Source of the DNA: Parcubacteria group bacterium
GTDB taxonomy: Bacteria; Patescibacteriota; Minisyncoccia; Phycocordibacterales; Phycocordibacteraceae
NCBI GenBank assembly: GCA_028286615.1
Contig: JAQBRG010000008.1
Span: 1-47,403 of the forward strand
Length of the DNA stretch: 47,403 nt
Direction: 5' to 3'
Part shown: in pieces, positions 10,447 through 19,473 of the stretch
Layout: each line of letters starts with the position of its first letter
Position numbering within the stretch: position 1 is the stretch's first letter
The notes under the pieces: generated by a model
The model's database searches: none
What the model saw: only the letters and a program-made list of their open reading frames with translations
Told to the model about the DNA's origin: nothing
Made by a program: the position numbers and the translations under genes

Positions 10447-11505
10447 TTATAGATAGCGCTCGAAGGTCTTTGGGTCTGTTGCGCGCTCGTATGCGTGTTC
10501 GATAGTAACCTCGCCACGACGCACGAGTTCTGCGAGTGAGCGATCCATATCAATCATGCCGTCTTGAGAGCTGGTCTGAATAACGGTTGAGATCTCATGA
10601 GTGCGTCCTTCGCGAATAAGGTTCGCGATAGCGTTGTTGTTGATGAGAAGCTCGTAGGCTGGGATCTGCCCTCCCTGAATGCGAGGGACGAGGCGCTGCG
10701 AGAAGATACCAGCAAGCGATCCGGCAAGCTGCACGCGAACCTGTCCCTGCTGGTTAGGTGGGAACATGTCGATGATACGGTCGATAGTTTGAGCTGCGTT
10801 ATTGGTGTGGAGTGTTGAAAGAACCAGGTGTCCTGTTTCAGCCGCGGTAACCGCTGAAGAAATAGTTTCCTGGCTGCGCATCTCTCCAACCATGATCACG
10901 TTCACGTCCTCACGGAATGCTGAGTGAAGCGCTGCATGGAAGCTTGGCGTATCGATATGCACTTCGCGCTGGTGAATGAGGGACTTCTTCTGTTCAAAGA
11001 TGTACTCAATTGGGTCTTCGATAGTAACGATGTGTTCAGCGCGAGTTTCGTTGATGCGGTCGAGGATAGTCGCAAGCGTTGTCGACTTTCCCTGTCCAAC
11101 CGGACCCACAACCAAGAAGAATCCTTGGGTACGTTGCGTGAACACTTCGAGAATAGGAGGAAGGTTGAGGCTTTGGAACGTCTGGATCTCACGAGGAATA
11201 AGACGCATCGCGATAGTAGCAGCGCCTTGCACTATGTATCCGTTTACACGGAAGCGTGCGCCTCCTACGTGTGCATACGAGAAGTCTACGGTCTGGTCTC
11301 TATAAAAACCGTCCCAAAGATTCTTTGGTACGATGCTCTTCAAAAGCGTTTCGGTATCTTCAGGAGTTAGTACGGGGTGCTGTAAAAGCGGCACCATAGA
11401 ACCCGACACGCGGATAATTGGATGGGATCCAGCTGAAATATGGAGATCTGATCCTCCTTCAGCTATAACGGTATCGAGAAGTGGTTCTATGCGTACTGAG
11501 CTCAT
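10447..11505 (-). CDS. pilT: Type IV pilus retraction ATPase
   Basis: 352 aa. It has Walker A GPVGQGKST, an Asp box, Walker B (VIMVGEMR) and a His box (GHLVLSTLHT). Confidence 0.9.
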   Translation of the reverse strand: MSSVRIEPLLDTVIAEGGSDLHISAGSHPIIRVSGSMVPLLQHPVLTPEDTETLLKSIVPKNLWDGFYRDQTVDFSYAHVGGARFRVNGYIVQGAATIAMRLIPREIQTFQSLNLPPILEVFTQRTQGFFLVVGPVGQGKSTTLATILDRINETRAEHIVTIEDPIEYIFEQKKSLIHQREVHIDTPSFHAALHSAFREDVNVIMVGEMRSQETISSAVTAAETGHLVLSTLHTNNAAQTIDRIIDMFPPNQQGQVRVQLAGSLAGIFSQRLVPRIQGGQIPAYELLINNNAIANLIREGRTHEISTVIQTSSQDGMIDMDRSLAELVRRGEVTIEHAYERATDPKTFERYL

Positions 11506-11882
11506 GCTGGTTTTGTTTCAATAATGCGAATAGTTTCTGTGTACACCTCAGATGGGATGGCGGAGGCCTTGATGATGTAGCCTGCTGCTCCCAATTCTTT
11601 AGCTTTATCAATGTCTGAGTCCTGTCCCTGGTTTGAAAGCACAATAATCTTCGTAGTTGCAGCAAGTTTCTCCTTGCGGATAGCTTCCATAACTTCAAAA
11701 CCGTCCATAGCTGGCATAACAATGTCGACAAGGAGCGCATCTGGTGCTGGCTTTTCTCGAAGCGCTTTCAAAAGTTCGTCTCCCGTTGAGAAAGCAGTTA
11801 CCTCGTGGCCTGCGGCCCTGAACTTAACGGCGTACATGTCGAGCAAGAAACGGTCGTCATCTAGGAGATACAAGCGATACAT
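11502..11882 (-). CDS. Stand-alone CheY-like response regulator receiver
   Basis: 126 aa with an acidic pocket (LLDDD), phospho-acceptor context LLVDIVMPAMDG, and the conserved S (VLSN) and K (YIIKA). There is no output domain. Confidence 0.85.
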   Translation of the reverse strand: MYRLYLLDDDRFLLDMYAVKFRAAGHEVTAFSTGDELLKALREKPAPDALLVDIVMPAMDGFEVMEAIRKEKLAATTKIIVLSNQGQDSDIDKAKELGAAGYIIKASAIPSEVYTETIRIIETKPA

Positions 11883-11899
11883 AGTAGGTATAGATAAAC

Positions 11900-13669
11900 T
11901 TAGGATGGTTCTTTTTCCTCTTTCTCTGGTTCATCCTCGTCAGAGAAGAGCGTGCCGCCAAGGGTATTCACCTCTTCAAAGGGAATCTTCCCCGCAAGCG
12001 CCTTAATAATAGCATCCTCACGCACCGTAAACATACCTTTCGAGCGTGCGAGAGCGTAGACCTCCTCTTCAACAGGATGCGTAAGGACTATGTGCTCGAG
12101 TTCCTTATCCATCTTGAGTATTTCAAACACTGCCATACGTCCTCGCGTACCGCTTGGGCAGTCTGCAGTTGGCTTTGCGCGGTACAGATTCTTGAATTCA
12201 GGGATAGCACCCTTGGAATCTTCCGGTAGGTCGGAAAACTCCTTCTCCAAAAGGCCACGAATACTCTCTGAAATAGGCACCGCTTCCGCTGCCCCGTCAC
12301 ACATCTTACGAACAAGTCTTTGGCCGATAGCAGCAATAAGGGTTGGTGCAATCAAGAACGGGTCCACACCCATGTCTACAAGGCGCGGAATAACACCTGC
12401 AGCCGTATTAGTGTGGATTGTTGAGAATACGAGGTGTCCCGTAAGAGCAGCTTGCACGGCAAGCTGTGCGGTTTCTTTGTCGCGAATCTCTCCAACCATG
12501 ATGATGTCCGGGTCCTGGCGGAGAATAGAACGAAGACCGGCAGCGAATGTATATCCGATTTCAGCTTTAACCTGGGACTGTGCAACTCCAGGAATTTCAT
12601 ACTCAACCGGGTCTTCCACAGACACCACGTTCTGTGTCTCGCGGTTAAGTGCTGAAAGCATGGCAAACAATGTTGTTGATTTACCAGACCCTGTAGGGCC
12701 CGCAACAAGAATGATGCCGTATGGCCTGTCGAGCATTTCTTTAACATCAGCCAAGTCTTTCTCACGGAATCCAAGCTGTTCAAGTGTTGCAATAGACTTC
12801 GCGCGATCCAAGATACGCATAACTACCTTCTCCCCTTCTTGGGTTGGGAATGTAGAGACACGGAAGTCGATACGTCGGCCTTCAACGGTTGCTGAGAAGC
12901 GTCCGTCCTGCGGCTTTCGTTTCTCGTCGAGGCGAATCTGCGAAAGAATCTTGATACGTGCAACAACTGCCTGATGCACCTTCGAAGGAAGTTCGAGCGA
13001 TGTGTGCAAGTCGCCGTCCATACGGAAACGTACGCGCGTCTTCTCAGGCGTTGGTTCAATGTGAATGTCGGATGCGCCTCCTTCAACTGCATAGCGAAGT
13101 ATGGTCGCTACGATCTTGGTAACCGGTGCATCGGCTTTAATAACCTGCTCTTCAACAGATTGTGCAGGCGTACCTTTATTAGCCGCAGTTGCTTCAGCGG
13201 TAGCAACTCCTTCAAACTCAGAGAGCGCCTCACCCACTTCGTTTGAGAGGTCTTCGTACTCCTTAACGACATGATCAAAAGAGGTGCGGCTTATTATGAA
13301 AAGCTTGTACGGCATTCCCGCGCGTGAAGAGATGAACTGGAGCGCATCAAGCGCCTCAATATTATCTGGGTCGAGAATACCAACCTCAAGCGCTCCGTCC
13401 GTTACGGCAAGCGGCACAAACCCGTAGTGGCGGGCTGATTCTTCTGGAATATACTCAAGCGCCTTATGGTCTACCCCGTCCACAGCAACTACGCGAGAGG
13501 GTATGGAATAGGTATCACTTGCAGCAGCGAGTATCTTCTCTTCAGAAAGACCACGTTTCCCGAGTACGCCTTCAAGCGTTGCTCCGCTCACGCGAGCCTC
13601 TTCCTCAATAATAGGAATCTCTTCTGCTGTTATGAGCGAGCGTTCTTTAAGTAACGAGAGTATATTCAT
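11900..13669 (-). CDS. pilB: Type IV pilus assembly ATPase (GspE/PilB family)
   Basis: 589 aa. It has an N-terminal GSPII domain, Walker A GPTGSGKST, IMVGEIRD, GHLVFSTIHTN and a tetracysteine-like region. Confidence 0.9.
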   Translation of the reverse strand: MNILSLLKERSLITAEEIPIIEEEARVSGATLEGVLGKRGLSEEKILAAASDTYSIPSRVVAVDGVDHKALEYIPEESARHYGFVPLAVTDGALEVGILDPDNIEALDALQFISSRAGMPYKLFIISRTSFDHVVKEYEDLSNEVGEALSEFEGVATAEATAANKGTPAQSVEEQVIKADAPVTKIVATILRYAVEGGASDIHIEPTPEKTRVRFRMDGDLHTSLELPSKVHQAVVARIKILSQIRLDEKRKPQDGRFSATVEGRRIDFRVSTFPTQEGEKVVMRILDRAKSIATLEQLGFREKDLADVKEMLDRPYGIILVAGPTGSGKSTTLFAMLSALNRETQNVVSVEDPVEYEIPGVAQSQVKAEIGYTFAAGLRSILRQDPDIIMVGEIRDKETAQLAVQAALTGHLVFSTIHTNTAAGVIPRLVDMGVDPFLIAPTLIAAIGQRLVRKMCDGAAEAVPISESIRGLLEKEFSDLPEDSKGAIPEFKNLYRAKPTADCPSGTRGRMAVFEILKMDKELEHIVLTHPVEEEVYALARSKGMFTVREDAIIKALAGKIPFEEVNTLGGTLFSDEDEPEKEEKEPS

Positions 13670-13672
13670 GCG

Positions 13673-13981
13673 CTAGCGCGCCGAGGATGCCATTCCCGGG
13701 ATCGGCGCAAAGGGATCCCGGCGTCCAGATGCTTCAGGAATAATATTGGTGTGTATGTCTACAAGTGCTGCAAAGCGTGGGTCTGAGAATACGCTGGTAT
13801 CAAAAGCAACAGGATCAAGCTGGCTTGAAAGCGTGATGAACAGAGCTTCAGTACCGTTTGATGATCCTCCTATTTCAGATACTACTGGTTCTTCAGCGGG
13901 ACGCATCAAGAAAAAGGCAATGCCACCGCCAACAACGATGATTCCTGCAATGATACCGAGAGTTTTCTTGGAGATAGGCAT
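13673..13981 (-). CDS. Small single-pass membrane protein of the pilus operon (PilP-position)
   Basis: 102 aa with an N-terminal TM helix. It is separated from pilB by only 3 nt. Function is inferred from position only. Confidence 0.55.
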   Translation of the reverse strand: MPISKKTLGIIAGIIVVGGGIAFFLMRPAEEPVVSEIGGSSNGTEALFITLSSQLDPVAFDTSVFSDPRFAALVDIHTNIIPEASGRRDPFAPIPGMASSAR

Positions 13982-13987
13982 ATAAAT

Positions 13988-14596
13988 TTAGCGAAGCCAG
14001 TAGAGGCGGAAAGTTACGGTATAGGTATAGACTCCAGTTCCCTCTCCCTTAGCAACATCAATCGCAGCCACATCAAGAAGACGGAGGCTTCGTTCGACGG
14101 AATCAAGGAAGGTTCGGAAGGCGCTATAAGTACCGGTTGCCTTAACCGAGAGCTCAAGTGCTTCGGTAGGTCCTGATACCTGTACTGCAGAAGTTGCACC
14201 AACCGCGGTTGTCGCAGCAATCGGCGTAGCCGGAATTGAGGTAGGTGTCGCCGTTACAGTTGGTGCTGTTGGCTCATTCTTAATATCGAAATTTGAGAGC
14301 TGAAGACCTGAACGTGCAGCCAGACCCTGGAGATCAAGGATGAGCTGCACGTTATCCACGCCATCAGGAAGCATGGCTTGAAGACGAGTAAGCTTTTGAG
14401 GATCAAGCTTTGCTTTGTCTGCAGCAAGCTTAGCTTCTTTTTGTTTGAACTCGTCCGCTGCAGCTAGCGCACGCTTGTATCCAACGATTTCAGTCTTTAA
14501 GCCATCAATAGTAGTGGTGTACACAGGGTGTACGTACATGACGAGAATACCGATTGCCATGAGAATGAGTACGACTGGGAAAAGGCGGGAAATCAT
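13988..14596 (-). CDS. pilO: PilO-like pilus assembly protein
   Basis: 202 aa with an N-terminal TM helix, a coiled-coil segment (KRALAAADEFKQKEAKLAADKAKL) and a C-terminal ferredoxin-like part. It lies between the PilN-like and PilP-position genes. Confidence 0.65.
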   Translation of the reverse strand: MISRLFPVVLILMAIGILVMYVHPVYTTTIDGLKTEIVGYKRALAAADEFKQKEAKLAADKAKLDPQKLTRLQAMLPDGVDNVQLILDLQGLAARSGLQLSNFDIKNEPTAPTVTATPTSIPATPIAATTAVGATSAVQVSGPTEALELSVKATGTYSAFRTFLDSVERSLRLLDVAAIDVAKGEGTGVYTYTVTFRLYWLR

Positions 14597-14599
14597 AGG

Positions 14600-15322
14600 C
14601 TAGGGTGTTGAAGTTGCGGTTGGCATGGCATTTACTGGTGTCGTTGGGTTTGCCACCGGTGTTGTTGCAGTTGTCTTGGCTGCAGGCGTGGTGCTGGTAG
14701 GTGGTGGTGTTACAACGTTTGAAGTAGTAATTGGCGGAGTTACAAAGGAAGAAAGTATGACGAACTCAGGTGAAAGATCTGCCGTAAGAGAGAACGAGAC
14801 GCCTCCTCCCTTCTCAGTGCCTATATCTGAGAAGATGGCACGCTTTATACGCTTGTCCCCTGCAAAAGACGTGGACTGTGCAGCAAGAGCGTTAAACGTA
14901 GCAGCATGCCCTTCCATTCCAAGCGATGCTGAGTGGTCAGGATTAACTTCAAGCTTCAATGTTTCAAATCGTACGTTTTGAAGAGTGATACTTTCAAGTA
15001 CATTAAAGAATTGCGAAAGTCCTACGTGATTATCAAGCAACGTCTGTCCTGCGATAAATCTATTTCGAAGACGAATGAAATCTTCTACACTGCTACGATC
15101 GATATTCCTCTGAAGCGAATCAAGCTGTGCAACTTCTCCGTCACGCACATTCTCAAGATACTTCTGATACGCGAATGCTGCTGCAGCTGCCGCAAGGCTT
15201 ATGCCAAAAAGAACGACACCAATCAAGAGAAACACGTTGGTGCCTGAAGAAATACGCCGAGTCTGCGAGCTTACCGGCTGCTTAGGAACGAACGAGGTTG
15301 GAATAGTAGGAGGGAGAGCCAC
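14600..15322 (-). CDS. pilN: PilN-like pilus assembly protein with a Thr/Pro-rich tail
   Basis: 240 aa with a single TM helix after a short cytoplasmic N-terminus. It lies immediately downstream of pilM and has a T/P-rich C-terminus. Confidence 0.6.
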   Translation of the reverse strand: MALPPTIPTSFVPKQPVSSQTRRISSGTNVFLLIGVVLFGISLAAAAAAFAYQKYLENVRDGEVAQLDSLQRNIDRSSVEDFIRLRNRFIAGQTLLDNHVGLSQFFNVLESITLQNVRFETLKLEVNPDHSASLGMEGHAATFNALAAQSTSFAGDKRIKRAIFSDIGTEKGGGVSFSLTADLSPEFVILSSFVTPPITTSNVVTPPPTSTTPAAKTTATTPVANPTTPVNAMPTATSTP

Positions 15323-15374
15323 AATCGTAGTATACCGGTCAAAATGTTAGTTGCGAATGTTTATACACACTTCA

Positions 15375-16463
15375 CTAGTCTCCTTCTTCAAGTTTTCGAA
15401 GCGCGAGCCCAACCGCAACAGCAAACTCAGGGCCGATTTCCTGAAGAACAGGTCGCATGAAGGAAGGTGCTTCAACTTTTGCGAACGGGTCCGCAACTTG
15501 CACATCAATAGAGAAGAACGAGCGGGCGTATTCTCTTAATTGTTTTGTAACGCCTCCTCCGCCCGTAAGAATAAGTGCGGACACGGTCTTCTTATGCGCC
15601 ATTTCGTACTGAGAGATAGCGCGCTTCGTTTCTTCGAAGATGCGTGAGAAAACGAGTTCGATAGTTTGGCGCTCGTAACTATTGTCTGTGGCCGAACCGA
15701 AACCGAATGTTTTCTTTGAGACTTCTGCTTGAGAGAACGTATGGCCATGCGCGCTAGCAATAGAGCGCGTTACGTCCTGTCCTCCCTGAGGAATGTTGTG
15801 CGAGAGAGCAACTACGCCGTGCTCAACCACGTATACCTTTGATACTGAGGCACCGATATCAAGAACGACTACAGGCTTAACGGGTTCATTCACCACAGAA
15901 CGAATGGTGCTGAATATCTCAATCTCATAGAAGCTCGCCTCAAGCTGGCTTCCTGTTACAACGCTCTGAAGAAGAGTGAGCTCGTCATTCTGCACAGCAA
16001 CAAGGAGTACTTGGATCTTTTGTGGAGGCTCTGCTCCTTCTGGAAGCGGTTCAGGGATAATGAACCAGTCGAGCTGAATCTCTGACACCGGCACAGGGAT
16101 GTATTTGCGTGCCTCAAGTTCAATAATAGTCTTTTGCTGCGCAGGATCATCGCGACGTGGAAGCTCAACGAGTGTAAGAAGTGATCGTGAGAACGGAATG
16201 GAGATACCGCTTTCTTTGGTAGTTATATTTGCTTCATGAAGAAGGTCACGCAATGTCTCAGCAATTTTATCTGCTGGTAGGTTTGTTGCCTGTCCTACTT
16301 CCCCTCCGGTGTAAGGAGCAAGAGCAAGTTCGCCGTACGTCTCAAGCACTGCACCACCACCCTGGCGGCGTAGCTGTACAACTTTAAGAGACGAGGAGCC
16401 TATGTCCACGCCCACAACACTCGCTGATTTTTTCTTCGTAAACAGCGAATCAAGGAAACTCAT
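15375..16463 (-). CDS. pilM: PilM, actin-like ATPase of the type IV pilus alignment complex
   Basis: 362 aa with VGVDIGSSSLKVVQL and VLDIGASVSKV phosphate motifs of the actin/HSP70 fold. It is the first gene of the operon. Confidence 0.85.
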   Translation of the reverse strand: MSFLDSLFTKKKSASVVGVDIGSSSLKVVQLRRQGGGAVLETYGELALAPYTGGEVGQATNLPADKIAETLRDLLHEANITTKESGISIPFSRSLLTLVELPRRDDPAQQKTIIELEARKYIPVPVSEIQLDWFIIPEPLPEGAEPPQKIQVLLVAVQNDELTLLQSVVTGSQLEASFYEIEIFSTIRSVVNEPVKPVVVLDIGASVSKVYVVEHGVVALSHNIPQGGQDVTRSIASAHGHTFSQAEVSKKTFGFGSATDNSYERQTIELVFSRIFEETKRAISQYEMAHKKTVSALILTGGGGVTKQLREYARSFFSIDVQVADPFAKVEAPSFMRPVLQEIGPEFAVAVGLALRKLEEGD

Positions 16464-16504
16464 ATCAGAATTGTAGCATTTCGTTAGCAGGACGCCCGCA
16501 TGCT

Positions 16505-17110
16505 ATGCGTATGAAATTAATTTCGTACGTACTTGATCTGCTGTTTCCACCACGCCCTACACAAAAGATTGTGAGTGGGCTCACACTCGAAGATATTTCA
16601 GCTCTTGTTCGCCAGCGTCGTATTAAATTAGACGGAATTGGCGTTACCGTACTTCTTCCTTATAAAGACCCTCGCGTTCGCGCACTTATTCTTGAAGCAA
16701 GGGTCAATAACAATCGAAAGGCTCAAAAAATCCTTGGGCAGGTGGTCGCTGCACATCTCCACAAACTTCATCCGCTACCAATAGTCCTTATTCCAATTCC
16801 TCTATCGGCTGCGCGAAAAAGACTCAAGGGTTACAGCTCGGTTGAAAGAATAGCTGAAGAAGCCCTGAAGGTGGAGAGGTGTGGTGGCCATACCTATGAA
16901 GCCGGGTTGCTTGTCTGCACCTGTGATATTCCTTCTCAAAACGGTTTTGCTGGCATAAATACCTTTAAAAACCACGATCTTCCTCACCCAACATACCTAT
17001 ATATGGTATTGGACGATGTAGCAGCAGCCGGATCCAGCTTTTGTGCTGCAAAAGCGGCACTTGAGATGGCAGGCGCAATTCATGTCTCACTTCTATCTCT
17101 AGCCAGATAG
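16505..17110 (+). CDS. comF: ComF-family phosphoribosyltransferase-like protein
   Basis: 201 aa with a PRT-type motif (YMVLDDVAAAGSS). It is divergent from the pilus operon. It is a degenerate version, lacking the N-terminal Zn-finger cysteines. Confidence 0.6.
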   Translation: MRMKLISYVLDLLFPPRPTQKIVSGLTLEDISALVRQRRIKLDGIGVTVLLPYKDPRVRALILEARVNNNRKAQKILGQVVAAHLHKLHPLPIVLIPIPLSAARKRLKGYSSVERIAEEALKVERCGGHTYEAGLLVCTCDIPSQNGFAGINTFKNHDLPHPTYLYMVLDDVAAAGSSFCAAKAALEMAGAIHVSLLSLAR

Positions 17111-17257
17111 CTCACATAATACCTTTAAGTCATTGACTTTTCTTGAAAATGAATTAGGGTATTAACAACTTCGTTTGCTTATCTACTAGATAACAGAGCC
17201 CATGTGGGCCCTGGAGTAGCGAAGTATTGGTCTTTCACAGAAGAATAGGAACAGTTC

Positions 17258-17701
17258 ATGAGAAAGCTATTGTCTCTGGTGCTCGCTTTTGCGTGCATCG
17301 CAGAATCAAGCTACGCGGAGCCGCAGAGCCCTTCGGCAACCTGGGGGTCTTCCCCTACGTTTCGGGACGCAAACGATCGCGCCGTTGACCGGGCCACTGC
17401 CGAGGCCATTCAACGTTCAAGGAACGGTGGCTACGGTCCGGCTCAATCAGTCGTAAACGGTGACATTATCACCAACAACAACTGCGAAGGCGATTGCACG
17501 AGCAATAGCTCGTCGACCACCAACGCGGTGAACTACACGAGCAATAGCTCGTCGACCAGTCTCACCGATTCGCCCAACGCGAACGTGGGGATCAACTACC
17601 GAACGGGGGCCAGTAGCAATGGCGTCAACCAATCGGCAACCAGCCAAGTCAACACAGCAAACGGTTCGCTCACGGCGACCGGCGCTGCAGCGACGCACTG
17701 A
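17258..17701 (+). CDS. Secreted Asn/Ser/Thr-rich protein (island gene 1)
   Basis: Signal peptide MRKLLSLVLAFACIAESSYA. The C-terminal half is low-complexity N/S/T-rich and contains a perfect 23-nt tandem duplication. High GC. Confidence 0.65.
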   Translation: MRKLLSLVLAFACIAESSYAEPQSPSATWGSSPTFRDANDRAVDRATAEAIQRSRNGGYGPAQSVVNGDIITNNNCEGDCTSNSSSTTNAVNYTSNSSSTSLTDSPNANVGINYRTGASSNGVNQSATSQVNTANGSLTATGAAATH

Positions 17702-17718
17702 AACCAAGGGGAAACACA

Positions 17719-18638
17719 TGAATAAGAACATCATGAGCATCGTCGCCATATTGGCGGGGATGACGCTTAGCGCATGCCAATCTGCTCAAGGGGGCACATT
17801 CACGGGGGGTCTTTCGACCCTTCACGAGCCTGCTCCCGTCCGATATGTGAGTCCATACGCTGATGCGCTCAAGTGCCTGAAAAGCCAGCTCTCGCCTCAG
17901 CAAAGCGAAACGGCGGTGGGTATCTTGTACTTCACTCAACGCACTGGGAAGGAAGTCTACGCAGCTGATAGCGCGTCGGGCAAATACCTTTCCGATGGCG
18001 GCGAGGATATGCTAATGAACAGCCTGCTCGAAACCGGCATAAAAGTCGTTGAGCTCGGCATCGCCGCACGAAACCTGAGCGACTACATGGCCGCTCGAAT
18101 TCCTAGAATCGATGAGAAGGGCCAGCCGCTATACAATCCGGCTGCCCTCCCAGACCTTCAAATCAGCGGGTCTTTTTCTGCTCTGGACTTCGGTTCAGGG
18201 GATGTCAAAGAGCTGCGGGTAAAGGGTATCGGTGGTGGGAAGCGCGTTTTCGGCGCCCGCTACCTCGTGACGGCACGGATGTCCAACGTCGTTGGAGGTC
18301 ACGGCCTCAGAGGCGACATGCTTGAGGGGGCTGTAACCGTCGCGAAATCCTCCTTCAAGAAGGATGTGATGGGACAGGAAATCAAGGCTGGTGTGGCGTC
18401 GTTCTTCGGCGGCCCCAGCTCTGACACCTACATCGAACTAAACCTTGATCATGAAGACCGTCAGTTGATGCAGCTCTCGCAGCAGTACTCAGCCGATTAT
18501 CTGGCCTACGACCTGGTCTCCCAATGGGCCCACATCACTGTTTGTGAGCCGCATCGGGAATACGGCGACTATTTACTTTCTGGCAATTACGTCGGCAAAA
18601 GGCCGGTTCCGGTCTCTACCCTTGCGCAGAAGAAATAG
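17719..18638 (+). CDS. CsgG/HfaB-like lipoprotein (putative secretion channel)
   Basis: The start is moved to ATG 17719 with the SD-like AAGGGGA upstream. There is a lipobox (GMTLSAC). By-eye similarity to E. coli CsgG segments: AVGILYFTQRTGKE, GGEDMLMNSLLETG, ISGSFSALDFG, GARYLVTARMSNVVGG. Confidence 0.5.
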
Positions 18639-18840
18639 CTGTGTTAGGGTTCTGAAGTTCGCAGCCAGTCCCAACAGCCCATCCTGAAAAGGATAGACTC
18701 CTAGGACCGGTAACGAATGTTCTCGTTTTCGCACGCGAGGACAATTTCTTTTTGTCGTTCGCGACATTAGGGAATGAATCGTGCGTATTCAAGGGGGCCC
18801 TGCAAGGGGATGCTCCATTCACTATGGGAAAATACCTGAA

Positions 18841-19263
18841 ATGAAAAAGATCCTTCTCGCCGGCGTCGCCGCGTTCGCTCTGTCCTTCGCCATGGGCGCG
18901 CAAGCGGCCACCGTCAACGTCACCGCCGCCGCCAACATGGGCGTCGTCAACAAGGTCGGCGGCACCACGCAGGCTGCGACGAACATCGACATCAACGTCG
19001 GCAACATCACCAGCTCGACTCTCGACCAGTCCGCGACCAACCTCGACGGCGCTGTGATCAACAAGCTGGACATCGATCAGACGGCGTCCTTCGGCAACCT
19101 GGCCCTCGGCCTCAATGCCGCGGCCGTCGCCGTCAACGAATCCGTGCACCAGGTGGCCGTGAACGTCACCGGGTCCGGCGCCGTCAGCGGCAGCAACCTC
19201 ACGGGCGCTGCGACCAACGTGACCGGCCTGGTCTCGAACGCCGCGACGATCAACGTCCGCTAA
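18841..19263 (+). CDS. Secreted repeat protein, curlin/beta-solenoid-like (island gene 3)
   Basis: Signal peptide MKKILLAGVAAFALSFAMGAQA. This is followed by imperfect repeats rich in N/A/T/V/G (QAATNIDINVGNI, QSATNLDGAVINKL, QTASFGNLALGLN, HQVAVNVTGSG, GAATNVTGLVSN). About 65% GC. Confidence 0.6.
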   Translation: MKKILLAGVAAFALSFAMGAQAATVNVTAAANMGVVNKVGGTTQAATNIDINVGNITSSTLDQSATNLDGAVINKLDIDQTASFGNLALGLNAAAVAVNESVHQVAVNVTGSGAVSGSNLTGAATNVTGLVSNAATINVR

Positions 19264-19311
19264 GCTTCGGTCTTCGGACCAAGCAACCATCGTTCCTTAA
19301 CTGGAACATCA

Positions 19312-19345
19312 GCCCTTCGCCGTAAAACGCGAAGGGCTTTTTCTT
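19312..19345 (+). terminator. Intrinsic terminator closing the high-GC block
   Basis: GCCCTTCGC (19312-19320) pairs with GCGAAGGGC (19329-19337) and is followed by TTTTTCTTT. Confidence 0.75.
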
Positions 19346-19381
19346 TGCTCCAGGCGATTGAAGTGATAAGTTAGGAGAATT

Positions 19382-19468
19382 GGAGACGTGGCTGAGTGGT
19401 CGAAAGTACCTCACTGCTAACGAGGCAGGGATTAACGTCCCTCGAGGGTTCGAATCCCTCCGTCTCCG
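19382..19468 (+). tRNA. tRNA-Ser (anticodon GCU)
   Basis: The acceptor stem GGAGACG/CGTCTCC pairs. The anticodon loop is CTGCTAA. There is a long variable arm (AGGGA-TTAACG-TCCCT) and a T arm GAGGG-TTCGAAT-CCCTC. No CCA is encoded. Confidence 0.9.
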
Positions 19469-19473
19469 CACCT

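Noticed and set aside
12090-12974. 294-aa plus-strand ORF
   Set aside because: It is antisense to pilB, which has clear Walker and His-box motifs. Its low-complexity Ser/Arg-rich translation points to a shadow ORF.
17619-17718. N-terminal extension of the CsgG-like ORF
   Set aside because: It overlaps the end of the preceding gene in another frame. The ATG at 17719 has an SD-like sequence and starts a canonical lipoprotein signal peptide.
18616-19290. 224-aa minus-strand ORF rich in Gly/Asp/Val/Arg
   Set aside because: It lies antisense to the 65% GC repeat-protein gene. Long stop-free antisense frames are expected at this GC content. The plus-strand gene has a signal peptide and a terminator.
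19396-19473. N-terminal extension of the 19396-20334 ORF
   Set aside because: The extension would be translated from within the tRNA-Ser(GCU) gene. An ATG at 19474 gives a normal signal-anchor N-terminus.
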